Below, one piece after another: positions 55,519 to 64,000 of a stretch of 64,000 nucleotides of DNA. The notes under the pieces are model-generated. The model ran no database searches. It was given only the letters and a program-made list of their open reading frames with translations, and had not been told where the DNA came from. The translations under genes were made by a program, and so were the position numbers. This DNA comes from Oscillospiraceae bacterium. Its GTDB lineage: Bacteria; Bacillota; Clostridia; Oscillospirales; Oscillospiraceae. The number at the start of each line of letters is the position of its first letter. Position 1 is the stretch's first letter. The stretch covers positions 3,592 to 67,591 of the forward strand of contig JAFVWL010000043.1 of the NCBI GenBank assembly GCA_017501695.1. The letters are read 5' to 3'.

Positions 55519-55521
55519 GCT

Positions 55522-56232
55522 ATGGCATTGCTGGAAGTGAAGGATCTGGAAGTATATTACGGAGTTATCCGGGCCCTGAAGGGCATCAGCTTCCATGTAG
55601 ACCGGGGTGAGATTGTCTCCCTCATCGGTGCCAACGGTGCCGGCAAAACCACCACCATGCAGAGCGTCATTGGCCTGATCCCCAAGAAAAGCGGCACCGT
55701 CACCTTCGACGGCACCGACATCACCCGGACCCCCTGCCATAAAATTGTCCGGCTGGGCATGACCCAGGTGCCGGAAGGGCGGCGGATCTTCCAGGAGCTG
55801 AGTGTGTACGAGAATCTGCTCATGGGCGCCTATACCGTACAGGACAACGCCCGGTTCAAGCGGGACCTGGAGGCCATCTTCACCCGGTTCCCCCGGCTGG
55901 CGGAGCGGCGGAATCAGATCGCCGGCACCCTCTCCGGCGGTGAGCAGCAGATGCTGGCCATGGGCCGGGCCATCATGTGCCGGCCCAAGCTGCTGATGCT
56001 GGACGAACCCTCCATGGGTCTGTCTCCCCTGCTGGTGGATCAGGTCTTCGAAATCATCCAGGATATCAACCGGGACGGCACCACAGTGCTGCTGGTGGAG
56101 CAGAACGCGGGCAAGTCCCTGGCCATCTCCCACCGGACCTATGTCATGGAAAACGGCAGCATCGTCCTGTCCGGCACCGGAGCGGAACTGGCCGCCAGCG
56201 AAAAAGTTCAAAAAGCCTATCTGGGCGGATAA
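55522..56232 (+). CDS. livF: Branched-chain amino acid ABC transporter ATPase
   Basis: GANGAGKTT, VPEGRRIF, LSGGEQQML, LDEPSMGL, VEQNA. Confidence 0.97.
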   Translation: MALLEVKDLEVYYGVIRALKGISFHVDRGEIVSLIGANGAGKTTTMQSVIGLIPKKSGTVTFDGTDITRTPCHKIVRLGMTQVPEGRRIFQELSVYENLLMGAYTVQDNARFKRDLEAIFTRFPRLAERRNQIAGTLSGGEQQMLAMGRAIMCRPKLLMLDEPSMGLSPLLVDQVFEIIQDINRDGTTVLLVEQNAGKSLAISHRTYVMENGSIVLSGTGAELAASEKVQKAYLGG

Positions 56233-56238
56233 TACAAC

Positions 56239-56265
56239 ACCCCTGGACCGATCCGGTCCAGGGGC
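56239..56265. repeat. 27-bp hairpin direct repeat, copy A (liv terminator)
   Basis: acccctggaccgatccggtccaggggc is identical to 56835-56861. Confidence 0.95.
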
Positions 56266-56296
56266 TTCCTTTTCTGACAATTCTGCGGTACGGGCA

Positions 56297-56551
56297 TCAT
56301 ATCTCCTGCACATCCTCCACCGCGAGGGCGAAGCGCTCCACAATGATTTCCAGCATTCGCCAGTTCATTTCGTCCGAAGTGCAGATAAATGCCCACAACA
56401 CATCCTGCACTTCTTCCGGCAGCGTCTGGGTTATCGTGCCCATGGTCTTTTCCAACTCCGAATAGGTCCGCGACAACTCCGTATACCGCTTATCCGTCCG
56501 GGCCAAGCGGAACAATGCCGACACCCGTTCCCTCAATATCTCCTTCCTCAT
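56297..56551 (-). CDS. Hypothetical helical protein (84 aa)
   Basis: AGGAGG RBS before ATG 56551; MRKEILRERVSALF...QDVLWAFICTSDEMNWRMLEII. Confidence 0.7.
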   Translation of the reverse strand: MRKEILRERVSALFRLARTDKRYTELSRTYSELEKTMGTITQTLPEEVQDVLWAFICTSDEMNWRMLEIIVERFALAVEDVQEI

Positions 56552-56650
56552 AAATACCCTCCTATTTTGACGCAATTATTTCGTCATTTTTGCAAATCAT
56601 TATATCGAATTGCTATAATTTTGTCAAGATTTCGTCAGAGGTGCGTCAAA

Positions 56651-56830
56651 ATGCAGAATGATCTTCCACGCTATACCTTGCGTATCCCCCAGGAATTGCT
56701 TGATAAACTGGGCTACATCGCCGATTACGAGGGCCGCACGAAAAATAAAGAGATTGAGCAGCTCATAAAGAAGCGGATCGCAGAGTTTGAAGCCATCCAC
56801 GGCGTGATCGAGCACAAAGAAACCGAATAA
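56651..56830 (+). CDS. Arc-family ribbon-helix-helix DNA-binding protein
   Basis: GAGGTG RBS; MQNDLPRYTLRIPQELLDKLGYIADYEGRTKNKEIEQLI (Arc-like xLRxP...KL..IA...GRS.N.EI). Confidence 0.85.
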   Translation: MQNDLPRYTLRIPQELLDKLGYIADYEGRTKNKEIEQLIKKRIAEFEAIHGVIEHKETE

Positions 56831-56834
56831 TTTG

Positions 56835-56861
56835 ACCCCTGGACCGATCCGGTCCAGGGGC
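56835..56861. repeat. 27-bp hairpin direct repeat, copy B
   Basis: Identical to 56239-56265, same orientation. Confidence 0.95.
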
Positions 56862-56869
56862 GTTTTTGT

Positions 56870-57283
56870 TCAAATCAAAATTCCATTACAATGGTCGATC
56901 TCATGCTGGATGATCTGGGCGGTCCAGCCCTCGTAGGTTTTCAGGCGCGTCTGCAGTCCGGGAGTCTGGAAGCGGACCTTGATCTTCCGGTAGCGGGTGG
57001 TCTTCCGGGGACCTCCCAGCAGAGACAGGCAGCCCTCCTCCGTTTCGTACGGGCCTTCCTGCCGGATGATCTCCGGATTCAGCATAACCGTGTAGCCCGG
57101 TCCGTCCACAAAGGCAATGATCCGGCGGTATACGCCGATCATATTGGCCGCCATACCTACACAAGTCTGGCTGTGGGCTTTCAAGGTATCCAGCAGATCC
57201 TCCACGGTACCCAGATCCTCCCGGGTGGCAGGGGTGGATTTCCGGGCCAGCAAAATTGGATCGTGGACCAGTTCCTTAACCAT
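56870..57283 (-). CDS. def: Peptide deformylase (short form)
   Basis: CVGMAANMIG, EEGCLSL, QHEIDHCNGILI. Confidence 0.92.
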   Translation of the reverse strand: MVKELVHDPILLARKSTPATREDLGTVEDLLDTLKAHSQTCVGMAANMIGVYRRIIAFVDGPGYTVMLNPEIIRQEGPYETEEGCLSLLGGPRKTTRYRKIKVRFQTPGLQTRLKTYEGWTAQIIQHEIDHCNGILI

Positions 57284-57824
57284 AATCATCCTCCGCTTTC
57301 AAAATTTTCACCTTCCACAACCCCAGGGTGAGCTTGCGGAAGATTTTCCGGTATTGGGCCACATCCAGCACCGGGCAGGTTCCCAGGACCCGGAATTTGC
57401 CGCCTACCTCCCACACATGGTAGCCGGTATCAAAAAAGCCGTTTTTCCGGTAGAACCGGTAGCGGCGCCGGCGCTCCGGGTAATTGGGTGCCGCGGGGTC
57501 CAGCAGCTCGATATTCAGGGTCACCGTTGGGTATTGCCGCCGGATGGCGGTCAGGATCCGGGAGCCATAGTCCATGCCCCGCAGCTCCTCCGCCACCGCG
57601 AAAAACAGCAAAAAATGCATGGTTCCCACTGTGGCAGAAGCAGTGAAGCCGCAGAACCGGTCCCCCTCCATCCAGGCCGTCAGGCCGATGTCCCGGCGGG
57701 CAGCGTTGAGCCGCAGAATCCACCAGGGAAGCCGCTCCTCCGGCGGGAAGGCCGTCCGGTACAGATGTTTTATTTTCGGCGCCAACGCGCCGTTTTCTTT
57801 TAAGTCTACAGGTGTCAGTTCCAC
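57276..57824 (-). CDS. GNAT family N-acetyltransferase
   Basis: Y..AFP.EER, FAV.EELRG..YGS.IL, RR..FY..NGF; GTG start after GAGG RBS. Confidence 0.88.
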   Translation of the reverse strand: MELTPVDLKENGALAPKIKHLYRTAFPPEERLPWWILRLNAARRDIGLTAWMEGDRFCGFTASATVGTMHFLLFFAVAEELRGMDYGSRILTAIRRQYPTVTLNIELLDPAAPNYPERRRRYRFYRKNGFFDTGYHVWEVGGKFRVLGTCPVLDVAQYRKIFRKLTLGLWKVKILKAEDDYG

Positions 57825-57877
57825 GTTGGTTCCTCTTTCGGTCTTTTCCAAAATGATAATCCAGATCTTCGCAAATG

Positions 57878-59350
57878 TCAAGCCAGCCGGATCCGGAAAC
57901 ACACGGGCAGATCCGTTTCCGTGGGAGCCGGATAGACCGTCAGGGCGGTTTCATCCCGGTCAAAGGCCACCGGGCCCCAGCCCAACTGCTCCACGGCGGC
58001 GATGCCGCTGTCATGGAATTCCGGGATCCCCAGGCAGCGGATTTTGGCCGGGGTTCCATCGGGACGCATCCGGAAGGCATAGATACAGCCGCCTTTGTAA
58101 GTAAACCGGTAGTCCTGCCCGGTATAGGCTTTTTCCTCATTATCCCGGAAAAAGCCGCCGTCATTGTTGATCCGTCCTTCTCCAAACCGGAACCAGGGCA
58201 CCGTATCCTGGATGCCCTCGCCGTTGACTTCCATCCAGCGGCCCATGTCCTCCAGAACCTGCCGTTCCTCCGGTGTCAAGGTGCCGTCAGCCCGGGGGCC
58301 CACATTCAGCAGAAGCCGGCCATTTTTGCTGACGATATCGATCAGGTCGCAAATGATCTGCCGGGAGGATTTGTATTCATTGTCCGCCCGGTAGCCCCAG
58401 GATTGCTTGCCGATGGCCGTGCAGGTCTGCCAGGGAACGGGGCTGATGTCCGTCAGGGCTCCCCGTTCCACATCGAAGACACCGACACCCGGCGGGAAAG
58501 CCTGGTGCTTATAGTTGACAGTGACCTCCATGCCCCACTGGGCTGCCCGATTGTAATAATAGGCGGCAATCTTCTGAAGCCAAGGCTTGAAGGCCAGGTT
58601 TTGGATCCACCAGTCGAAATATAGCAGGGCGGGCCGGTAATTGTCGATAAACTCGCAGGTGCGGACCAGCCAGTCCTCCAGCCAGTCCTCCGTGGGACCC
58701 AGGCCATGGGGGTTTTCCGTGGTCTGTCCCAGTTTTTCCGAGCCGAATTCCGGCCGGTAGACCGCCGGACCGTAAAAATCCTCATAGCGCGGATCGTTCA
58801 CGTCACTGTCAAAGGTCCGGCCCATGTTCATAAAGAAATAGTGCTCCGCCCGGTGCAGGGACGCGCAGAATTGGAGCCCCCGGTCCTGGCAGGCCGCTTT
58901 CAGCCGTCCTACAGCATCGGTTTTCGGGCCCATATTCACCGCGTTCCAGGGGTTCAGGTCCGTATCGTACATGGCGAAGCCGTCGTGATGCTCCGCCACC
59001 GGCACCACATACCGGGCACCGGCCTTTTGGAACAGATCCATCCAGGCATCCGGATCGAACCGCTTCCCCCGGAACAGGGGGATAAAATCCTTATAGCCAA
59101 AGGTTTTCTGGTCGCCCCAGGTCCTGCGGTGGTGCGCAAATTCCCGGTGGGCAGGATCGTACATATTCCGGGAATACCACTCGTTGCCAAAAGCGGGAAC
59201 GGAGTAGATGCCCCAGTGGATAAAAATGCCGAATTTACTCCGGCGGTACCAATCCGGCACCGGATGGCAGGACAAAGATCCCCAGTCCGCCCGGTAGGGT
59301 CCGGCATCGATGACCGATTGGATCTGGCGCAGATACTGTTCTTTCGTCAT
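57878..59350 (-). CDS. Alpha-L-fucosidase (GH29)
   Basis: KFGIFIHWGIYSVP, EHHDGF, LYFDWW, DIVSKNGRLLLNVGP, NGEGI..T.P. Confidence 0.96.
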   Translation of the reverse strand: MTKEQYLRQIQSVIDAGPYRADWGSLSCHPVPDWYRRSKFGIFIHWGIYSVPAFGNEWYSRNMYDPAHREFAHHRRTWGDQKTFGYKDFIPLFRGKRFDPDAWMDLFQKAGARYVVPVAEHHDGFAMYDTDLNPWNAVNMGPKTDAVGRLKAACQDRGLQFCASLHRAEHYFFMNMGRTFDSDVNDPRYEDFYGPAVYRPEFGSEKLGQTTENPHGLGPTEDWLEDWLVRTCEFIDNYRPALLYFDWWIQNLAFKPWLQKIAAYYYNRAAQWGMEVTVNYKHQAFPPGVGVFDVERGALTDISPVPWQTCTAIGKQSWGYRADNEYKSSRQIICDLIDIVSKNGRLLLNVGPRADGTLTPEERQVLEDMGRWMEVNGEGIQDTVPWFRFGEGRINNDGGFFRDNEEKAYTGQDYRFTYKGGCIYAFRMRPDGTPAKIRCLGIPEFHDSGIAAVEQLGWGPVAFDRDETALTVYPAPTETDLPVCFRIRLA

Positions 59351-59436
59351 GGGTCGCTCCCTTCACAGCGCGTATTACGCAAACCTGCCGGGACAAAGCC
59401 CGGCAGATCCGCAAAAAGGAAAAAGAGAATAATTCG

Positions 59437-60312
59437 TCAATTCACCTGAATGGTCCATGTGTTCCGGTACACCTGCCCGGCGGGCAGGGCAATCAGATCC
59501 TCCTGCTCCTCAAACACAGCGATCTGTCCCGCCCGGGAGGGCAGACTGCACCAGGGCTCGATGCAGATGTAGGGCGCATCGGTCCTGGGCCAGTGCCACA
59601 GACCCAGGTAACGCATTTGCGGGAAGGTGACCGTGATCCGGTGGGGATCACCGTCGGTTTCCAGCGTCACCTGCCGGGCCATGGAATCCAGGACGATAGC
59701 GTCATCGTCAAAGAGATGATGGTCCAGGTTCAGATCCCGGTCATTTTCCAAACGGAACGGTTTATGATCTCCGGTAACGAAGCAGGCTTCGTTAAAGCCC
59801 ACATGGCGGGGCTGGCAGGGCTCCGCGAACCGCAGGCGGTAATCCTCGAACCGCTTGCCGGGGACCAGGGGCACATTGAAGCCCGGATGTCCGCCCAGGC
59901 CGAAGTACATGGGCCTGTCGTCCCGGTTCTCCACCTCATAGGTAGTCTCCAGAACGTTGCCCTTCAGGGCATAAATGATCCGAAAGGCAAAATGCCGGGG
60001 ATACTGGGCCCAGGTTTCGGCATTATCCGTCATTTCCAGGACCATGACCTGGCCGTCATTGGATACCGGACGGAAGTCTGCATAAGGAGCCAGACCGTGG
60101 ATGGCCATTTCGTGAAGCTGGCCGTCCAGAGAATACTTGCCCTCCGTCAGCCGTGCCACATAGGGAAAAATGTTCAGAGCCCGGTCGGACCAGTATTTCG
60201 GGTCCCCCTGCCACAGATATTCGGTGCCGTCGGAACCCAGAATGGAATGAAGCTCCGCGCCCTTTTCCACAACGGAAACTGTCAGAAATTCATTTTTGAT
60301 GGTATGCTTCAT
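59437..60312 (-). CDS. Aldose 1-epimerase family protein (LacX-like)
   Basis: GAEL.S...EYLWQGD, HG, GGHPGFN, LFDDDA, YICIEPW. Confidence 0.93.
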   Translation of the reverse strand: MKHTIKNEFLTVSVVEKGAELHSILGSDGTEYLWQGDPKYWSDRALNIFPYVARLTEGKYSLDGQLHEMAIHGLAPYADFRPVSNDGQVMVLEMTDNAETWAQYPRHFAFRIIYALKGNVLETTYEVENRDDRPMYFGLGGHPGFNVPLVPGKRFEDYRLRFAEPCQPRHVGFNEACFVTGDHKPFRLENDRDLNLDHHLFDDDAIVLDSMARQVTLETDGDPHRITVTFPQMRYLGLWHWPRTDAPYICIEPWCSLPSRAGQIAVFEEQEDLIALPAGQVYRNTWTIQVN

Positions 60313-60316
60313 GGGT

Positions 60317-61267
60317 TCACATCCTTTTCAACACGTCTTCATAGGCGGGAACGCTGGAAATGCCGCCGGGGCGGGTGGTAGACAGGCCCGCGGCAGTGCA
60401 GGCAAAGGTCACCACGTCCCGGAGCTCTGCTTCGCTCAGGGCTTCCGGTGCCTTACCAAGCTGCAGCAGCTTCCAAACCGCGCTGCCACCGAAAATGTCA
60501 CCTGCACCGGTGGTATCCACTACATGGATGTTGGAGAGGCTGGGCACCATCCCGGAGGCCACGGAATTTTGGAAGAAGCAGCCGTCGGCACCGCAGGTGA
60601 CAAAGACCAGCTTACAGCCGTAGTTTTGGAGGATGTGGGCAGCGCCCGCTTCCACGCCCAGGCCGAAGAGAAATTCCACTTCCTCATCGCTGATCTTCAC
60701 CACATCCGCCTGGGCCAGGCCCCATAGCATCTGCTTCCGGCATTCCTCCAGGTCCGCCCACAGAGGCTTGCGGAGGTTGGGATCGTAAGTAATGAGCTTT
60801 CCGTGGGACTTGGCATACTCCACTGCCCGATAGGTGGCGGAACGGGCAGGCTCATCGGTCAGGGACAGGGTGCCAAAATGGAACACCTTGGCCTGGTCCA
60901 TAAGACTCAGATCCAGTTCCTCAAAAGTGATACAGGTATCCGCGCCGGGCTTCCGGGCAAAGGAGAATTCCCGGTCCCCCTGGTCGTCCAGGGTCACGAA
61001 GGCCAGGGTCGTAAAGACCTGATCGGTCACAACCAGTCCCCGGGTTTCAATGCCCGCGGCATCCAGGGTGCCCACCAGCAGCTTGCCGAAGGCATCGCTG
61101 CCCACCTTACCCAGCAGGGCTGCTTTGGCCCCGAATTTGGCCAGAGCCGCCAGAAAATTGGCAGGGGCTCCGCCGGGATGGGCAGCCATAGTGGGATAGC
61201 CGTCAGCATCCGTGCTGACACAGGTAAAGTCAATGAGCAGTTCGCCCAACGCAACGACATCGATCAT
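60317..61267 (-). CDS. PfkB-family carbohydrate kinase (fructokinase-like)
   Basis: GELLIDF, PGGAPAN, YDPNLR, VKISDEE, VDTTGAGDIF. Confidence 0.95.
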   Translation of the reverse strand: MIDVVALGELLIDFTCVSTDADGYPTMAAHPGGAPANFLAALAKFGAKAALLGKVGSDAFGKLLVGTLDAAGIETRGLVVTDQVFTTLAFVTLDDQGDREFSFARKPGADTCITFEELDLSLMDQAKVFHFGTLSLTDEPARSATYRAVEYAKSHGKLITYDPNLRKPLWADLEECRKQMLWGLAQADVVKISDEEVEFLFGLGVEAGAAHILQNYGCKLVFVTCGADGCFFQNSVASGMVPSLSNIHVVDTTGAGDIFGGSAVWKLLQLGKAPEALSEAELRDVVTFACTAAGLSTTRPGGISSVPAYEDVLKRM

Positions 61268-61298
61268 GTTGGTTCGCCTCCATTATGCATTCCGCATA

Positions 61299-61985
61299 TT
61301 ATTTCGCCGCAGGGTATTCGTTGCACAGCAGGCGGTAGGGCGCCTCGTCCTCCTCGATCTTGGGGAACCGGCCCACCGGAGGATTGAATCGGTTGTCAGT
61401 GTTATCATCGTTGCACTGGCTGACTTCACCCAGCAGGACGGGGCCGGTGCCCTCCTCCACGGAGAAGTCATGGTACATATACTGCTGGACATGGATGCTC
61501 TCGCCGGGGGTCAGGCGAATGACAGAGCCGGCAGGAACGGTATAGGTACGGCCGTCGGTGTGGACGGTGACGTCGGATTCGTAGTCGATTTCCTCGTTGG
61601 GAAGGCTGTTGTAGACCTTGATGAGCACGTTGCCGCCGCCCCGGTTGATGATATCCTCGGTCTTATACCAGTGGAAATGGTTGGGAGCATACTGTCCCTC
61701 CTTCAGGTACAGCAGCTTTTCGGCATAGACCTTGGGATACTTGTCGGCCATGGCCCGGTTGCCGTTGCGGATGGTGATCAGGGAGAAGCCGAACTTGTCG
61801 AAGTTGCCCAGGCCGTAATCGGTGATGTCCCAGCCCAGCATGCAGTCCCGGACCTCATCGTACTCGTGGCCGATGTCCTGCCACTGCTCAGGGGTGAAGT
61901 GGCAGAAGGGAGGCAGATAGCAGTGGTACTTCTCGCACATGGCTTCCAGTTCCTTCAGGGCCTTGTTGATCTCAGAACGCTTCAT
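61299..61985 (-). CDS. D-lyxose/D-mannose family sugar isomerase
   Basis: MKRSEIN, LGWDITDYG, YAEKL, P.HFH..K.EDIINRGGG, L.PGES, GEVS..NDD.TDN.F. Confidence 0.93.
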   Translation of the reverse strand: MKRSEINKALKELEAMCEKYHCYLPPFCHFTPEQWQDIGHEYDEVRDCMLGWDITDYGLGNFDKFGFSLITIRNGNRAMADKYPKVYAEKLLYLKEGQYAPNHFHWYKTEDIINRGGGNVLIKVYNSLPNEEIDYESDVTVHTDGRTYTVPAGSVIRLTPGESIHVQQYMYHDFSVEEGTGPVLLGEVSQCNDDNTDNRFNPPVGRFPKIEEDEAPYRLLCNEYPAAK

Positions 61986-62031
61986 AATGTTTACTCTCCT
62001 TTTTTTATTATCTTTTGGCTGTCTGGCAGCC

Positions 62032-62979
62032 TTACTTCCATTCGGTATCGGACCAGATATGGTCCCGGATTCGCTGGTATTCTTCTGTAGTAATGGGGAT
62101 CACAGTGCCGTGCTTGTAGCCGTAGGGGAAGGAAAAGGCTTTGTCGGACCGGAGGAATCTGCCCGAGGCCAGAGAATCCGCCAGAAATGGCACATAGCCC
62201 TGGCCGTCCCCGGGAACACCGTAGTAATCCAGGAACAGGCACCAGCGGCCATCCTCCAACCGGACGGCGGTGGGGCCCTCGTACAGCCCCGGTTCCACGG
62301 CTTCCATGCTTCGGTCGAATTCCGGAACTCGTTCATAGGGGCCGGTAATTTCCGGAGCCTTCAGCAGAATGATCCGCTCCGGATCCCGGTCGCTTTTCAG
62401 GAACAGGTAGTACCAGCCGTCCTCCTGGTAAATGGCGGAGTCGATGATACCCGCCCCATCCTTGCGGTACAGAAGCCGCGGTGGTGTAAATTCCCGAAAA
62501 TCCCTGGTCCGGGAATAGTAAATCCCCATATCTCCGTAGCCGTTGGCGGCATGAGTGGAGGACCAGTGGAGCACATAGTCTCCCCGCTTCCGGTCCCGGA
62601 TCACGTCCGGTGCCCACAGGCAGCCGAAGCTGTCATCCCCCAGAGGAACCATCCGCTGCCGGGACCAATGGACCAGATCCGGCGATTCCCACAGGGCCAG
62701 GCATTTGCTGCCGGTCCGGGAGATTTCGGGCCAGTCCAGCCTGTAATCCTGCCGAAACCGGTAAGCCAGGCTCAGGTCCGTGGCCAGGATTCGCCAGATT
62801 CCGTCGTCACCCCGGACAACGGTGCAGTCCCGGACGCCCTTTTCCCCCAGGTAGGACCACAGCACCGGCCTGCCGCCATTTACCGGCTCCCAATGGAAGC
62901 CGTCCCGGCTCAGGCCGAAATAAACCTGTTCTCCCTCGGGGGTGGTTTTCTCCCGAAAGTGGACGAAGAGATAGGCCAT
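62032..62979 (-). CDS. Glycoside hydrolase family 43-like protein
   Basis: YLFVHF, S.DG.HW, GVRD, LATDL, DLVHWS, WAPD, IIDS, YEGP, KHGTV. Confidence 0.88.
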   Translation of the reverse strand: MAYLFVHFREKTTPEGEQVYFGLSRDGFHWEPVNGGRPVLWSYLGEKGVRDCTVVRGDDGIWRILATDLSLAYRFRQDYRLDWPEISRTGSKCLALWESPDLVHWSRQRMVPLGDDSFGCLWAPDVIRDRKRGDYVLHWSSTHAANGYGDMGIYYSRTRDFREFTPPRLLYRKDGAGIIDSAIYQEDGWYYLFLKSDRDPERIILLKAPEITGPYERVPEFDRSMEAVEPGLYEGPTAVRLEDGRWCLFLDYYGVPGDGQGYVPFLADSLASGRFLRSDKAFSFPYGYKHGTVIPITTEEYQRIRDHIWSDTEWK

Positions 62980-62992
62980 ACTTTCCTCCTGT

Positions 62993-64000
62993 TCAGGGCC
63001 GGGGACGGAGGGTGAATCGGAACGTCAGTTCCTTTTCATCCAGCCGGTAGGGCTTTTCCAGCTCCGGGCCGCAGGAATTGGAGCCCAGGCCGGAAACCTT
63101 ATAGTCAATACGCAGATGGGTCCTGCCGTCGGAAGCCAGCTCGTCGGTGTGCTCCGCTTTCGTCAGAGCGGCGCTGCTGTATTGGGAAACGCAGATTTCC
63201 ATATTCTCTGCCGTAAATTCCAGGTCCCCAATGCAGAGCAGCTTCACAGCGGTATGGTTGCCGTGCTCCTGGGGCCGGACATAGGGTACATACTCCCGGT
63301 CCGCGGTGCTGATATGGAGTCCCACCGCACCCGCGTGGCACAGGTCCCGGTAGCTTTCCGAGGGACCACAGCCGTAATAGGTAAAGACCGAGTTTTCTTC
63401 CGGCAGCGTAAATTCATAGCCCAGTCGGGGGAGCCAGATGGCATCGGGGCGGACACTGCCCGTCAATTCAAAATCGACGGTTCCGGTGACGGAGATCCGT
63501 ACCCGGAGGGTATAGCGCAGCAGGGGCGCGCGGGAAATCCCGGACATGGCGCCGTCCACCAGAATCTCACCGTTTTCCACACGGCAGTCATAGGTCTTCA
63601 TAAAGGACTTATCCAGATTTTCGCCCCGCCACTCATCCAACTGCATCCAGCGGAAGCGGATACTCCGGTCGTTGTCCGTGGGGGCCCGGTGGGCCGTCAG
63701 CACAGGCTTGTCCGCCAACTGCTCCCGCCCCGCCACCTGGATGCTGGTGAACACACCGTAACGCTTGGAGAAGGTATAGCGGAAGCCGTCGCCCTCTGCA
63801 TAAATGCACTGTCCATCCTCTGTCAGCTCTGCCAGAGGTTCTTCCGGAACCTTGGGCAGGATACCGGGCAGGCTGTGCTGAGTGTGGGCCACTTCCCGTC
63901 CATCCCGGGTCAGCCGGGTATTCAGGGTCACGCCGTATTGGCAGGAAACGGCCTCATAGGGGATCTCCAGGATCCGGCCTGTATGGGGCGGAGCTTCCAG
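62993..64000 (-). CDS. Beta-galactosidase (GH2, LacZ-type), C-terminal part; 5' end outside the window
   Basis: RAPTDND, LPRLG, YYG.GP.ESY.D, YVRPQEHGN, G.GSNSCGP (Bgal small-chain domain). Confidence 0.93.
   Translation of the reverse strand: MEAPPHTGRILEIPYEAVSCQYGVTLNTRLTRDGREVAHTQHSLPGILPKVPEEPLAELTEDGQCIYAEGDGFRYTFSKRYGVFTSIQVAGREQLADKPVLTAHRAPTDNDRSIRFRWMQLDEWRGENLDKSFMKTYDCRVENGEILVDGAMSGISRAPLLRYTLRVRISVTGTVDFELTGSVRPDAIWLPRLGYEFTLPEENSVFTYYGCGPSESYRDLCHAGAVGLHISTADREYVPYVRPQEHGNHTAVKLLCIGDLEFTAENMEICVSQYSSAALTKAEHTDELASDGRTHLRIDYKVSGLGSNSCGPELEKPYRLDEKELTFRFTLRPRP

Overview
A GC-rich (about 58-60% by eye) chromosomal segment from an anaerobic Firmicute, probably a gut or rumen Oscillospiraceae-type Clostridia (inferred from gene content and codon style). 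No rRNA, tRNA, CRISPR array, prophage or intact transposase/integrase was seen. The window runs as follows. (1) The hrcA-grpE-dnaK-dnaJ heat-shock operon with tandem CIRCE operators, interrupted by a DUF559 nuclease gene between ~60-bp inverted repeats and by a REP-like element. (2) ptsH-ptsI, HAD and alpha/beta hydrolases, and a radical-SAM + Cys-rich lipoprotein pair bracketed by a duplicated 29-bp hairpin. (3) MoxR/vWA, cdsA, GH5, a lipase, a 3-alpha-HSDH-like SDR and fprA. (4) An ~11-kb TetR-controlled corrinoid methyltransferase locus carrying several tetrapyrrole-associated folds (bilin-reductase-like, 8-vinyl-reductase-like, PCP_red domain). (5) GH3/GH2 divergent from a LytTR two-component system. 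(6) A 2277-aa ORF that appears to encode both a sortase-anchored cohesin and, after a second internal signal peptide, a dockerin-bearing S8 protease. (7) A liv ABC operon, then a second hairpin-bracketed two-gene cassette (Arc-like + hypothetical), def and GNAT. (8) A glycan/sugar operon (GH2, GH43, sugar isomerase, PfkB, epimerase, GH29). The best candidates for undescribed biology are the cohesin/dockerin self-anchoring polyprotein, the putative anaerobic tetrapyrrole/bilin-processing locus, the radical-SAM/Gly-repeat lipoprotein module and the hairpin-duplicating cassettes. All family calls come from motifs recognised by eye; no searches were run.
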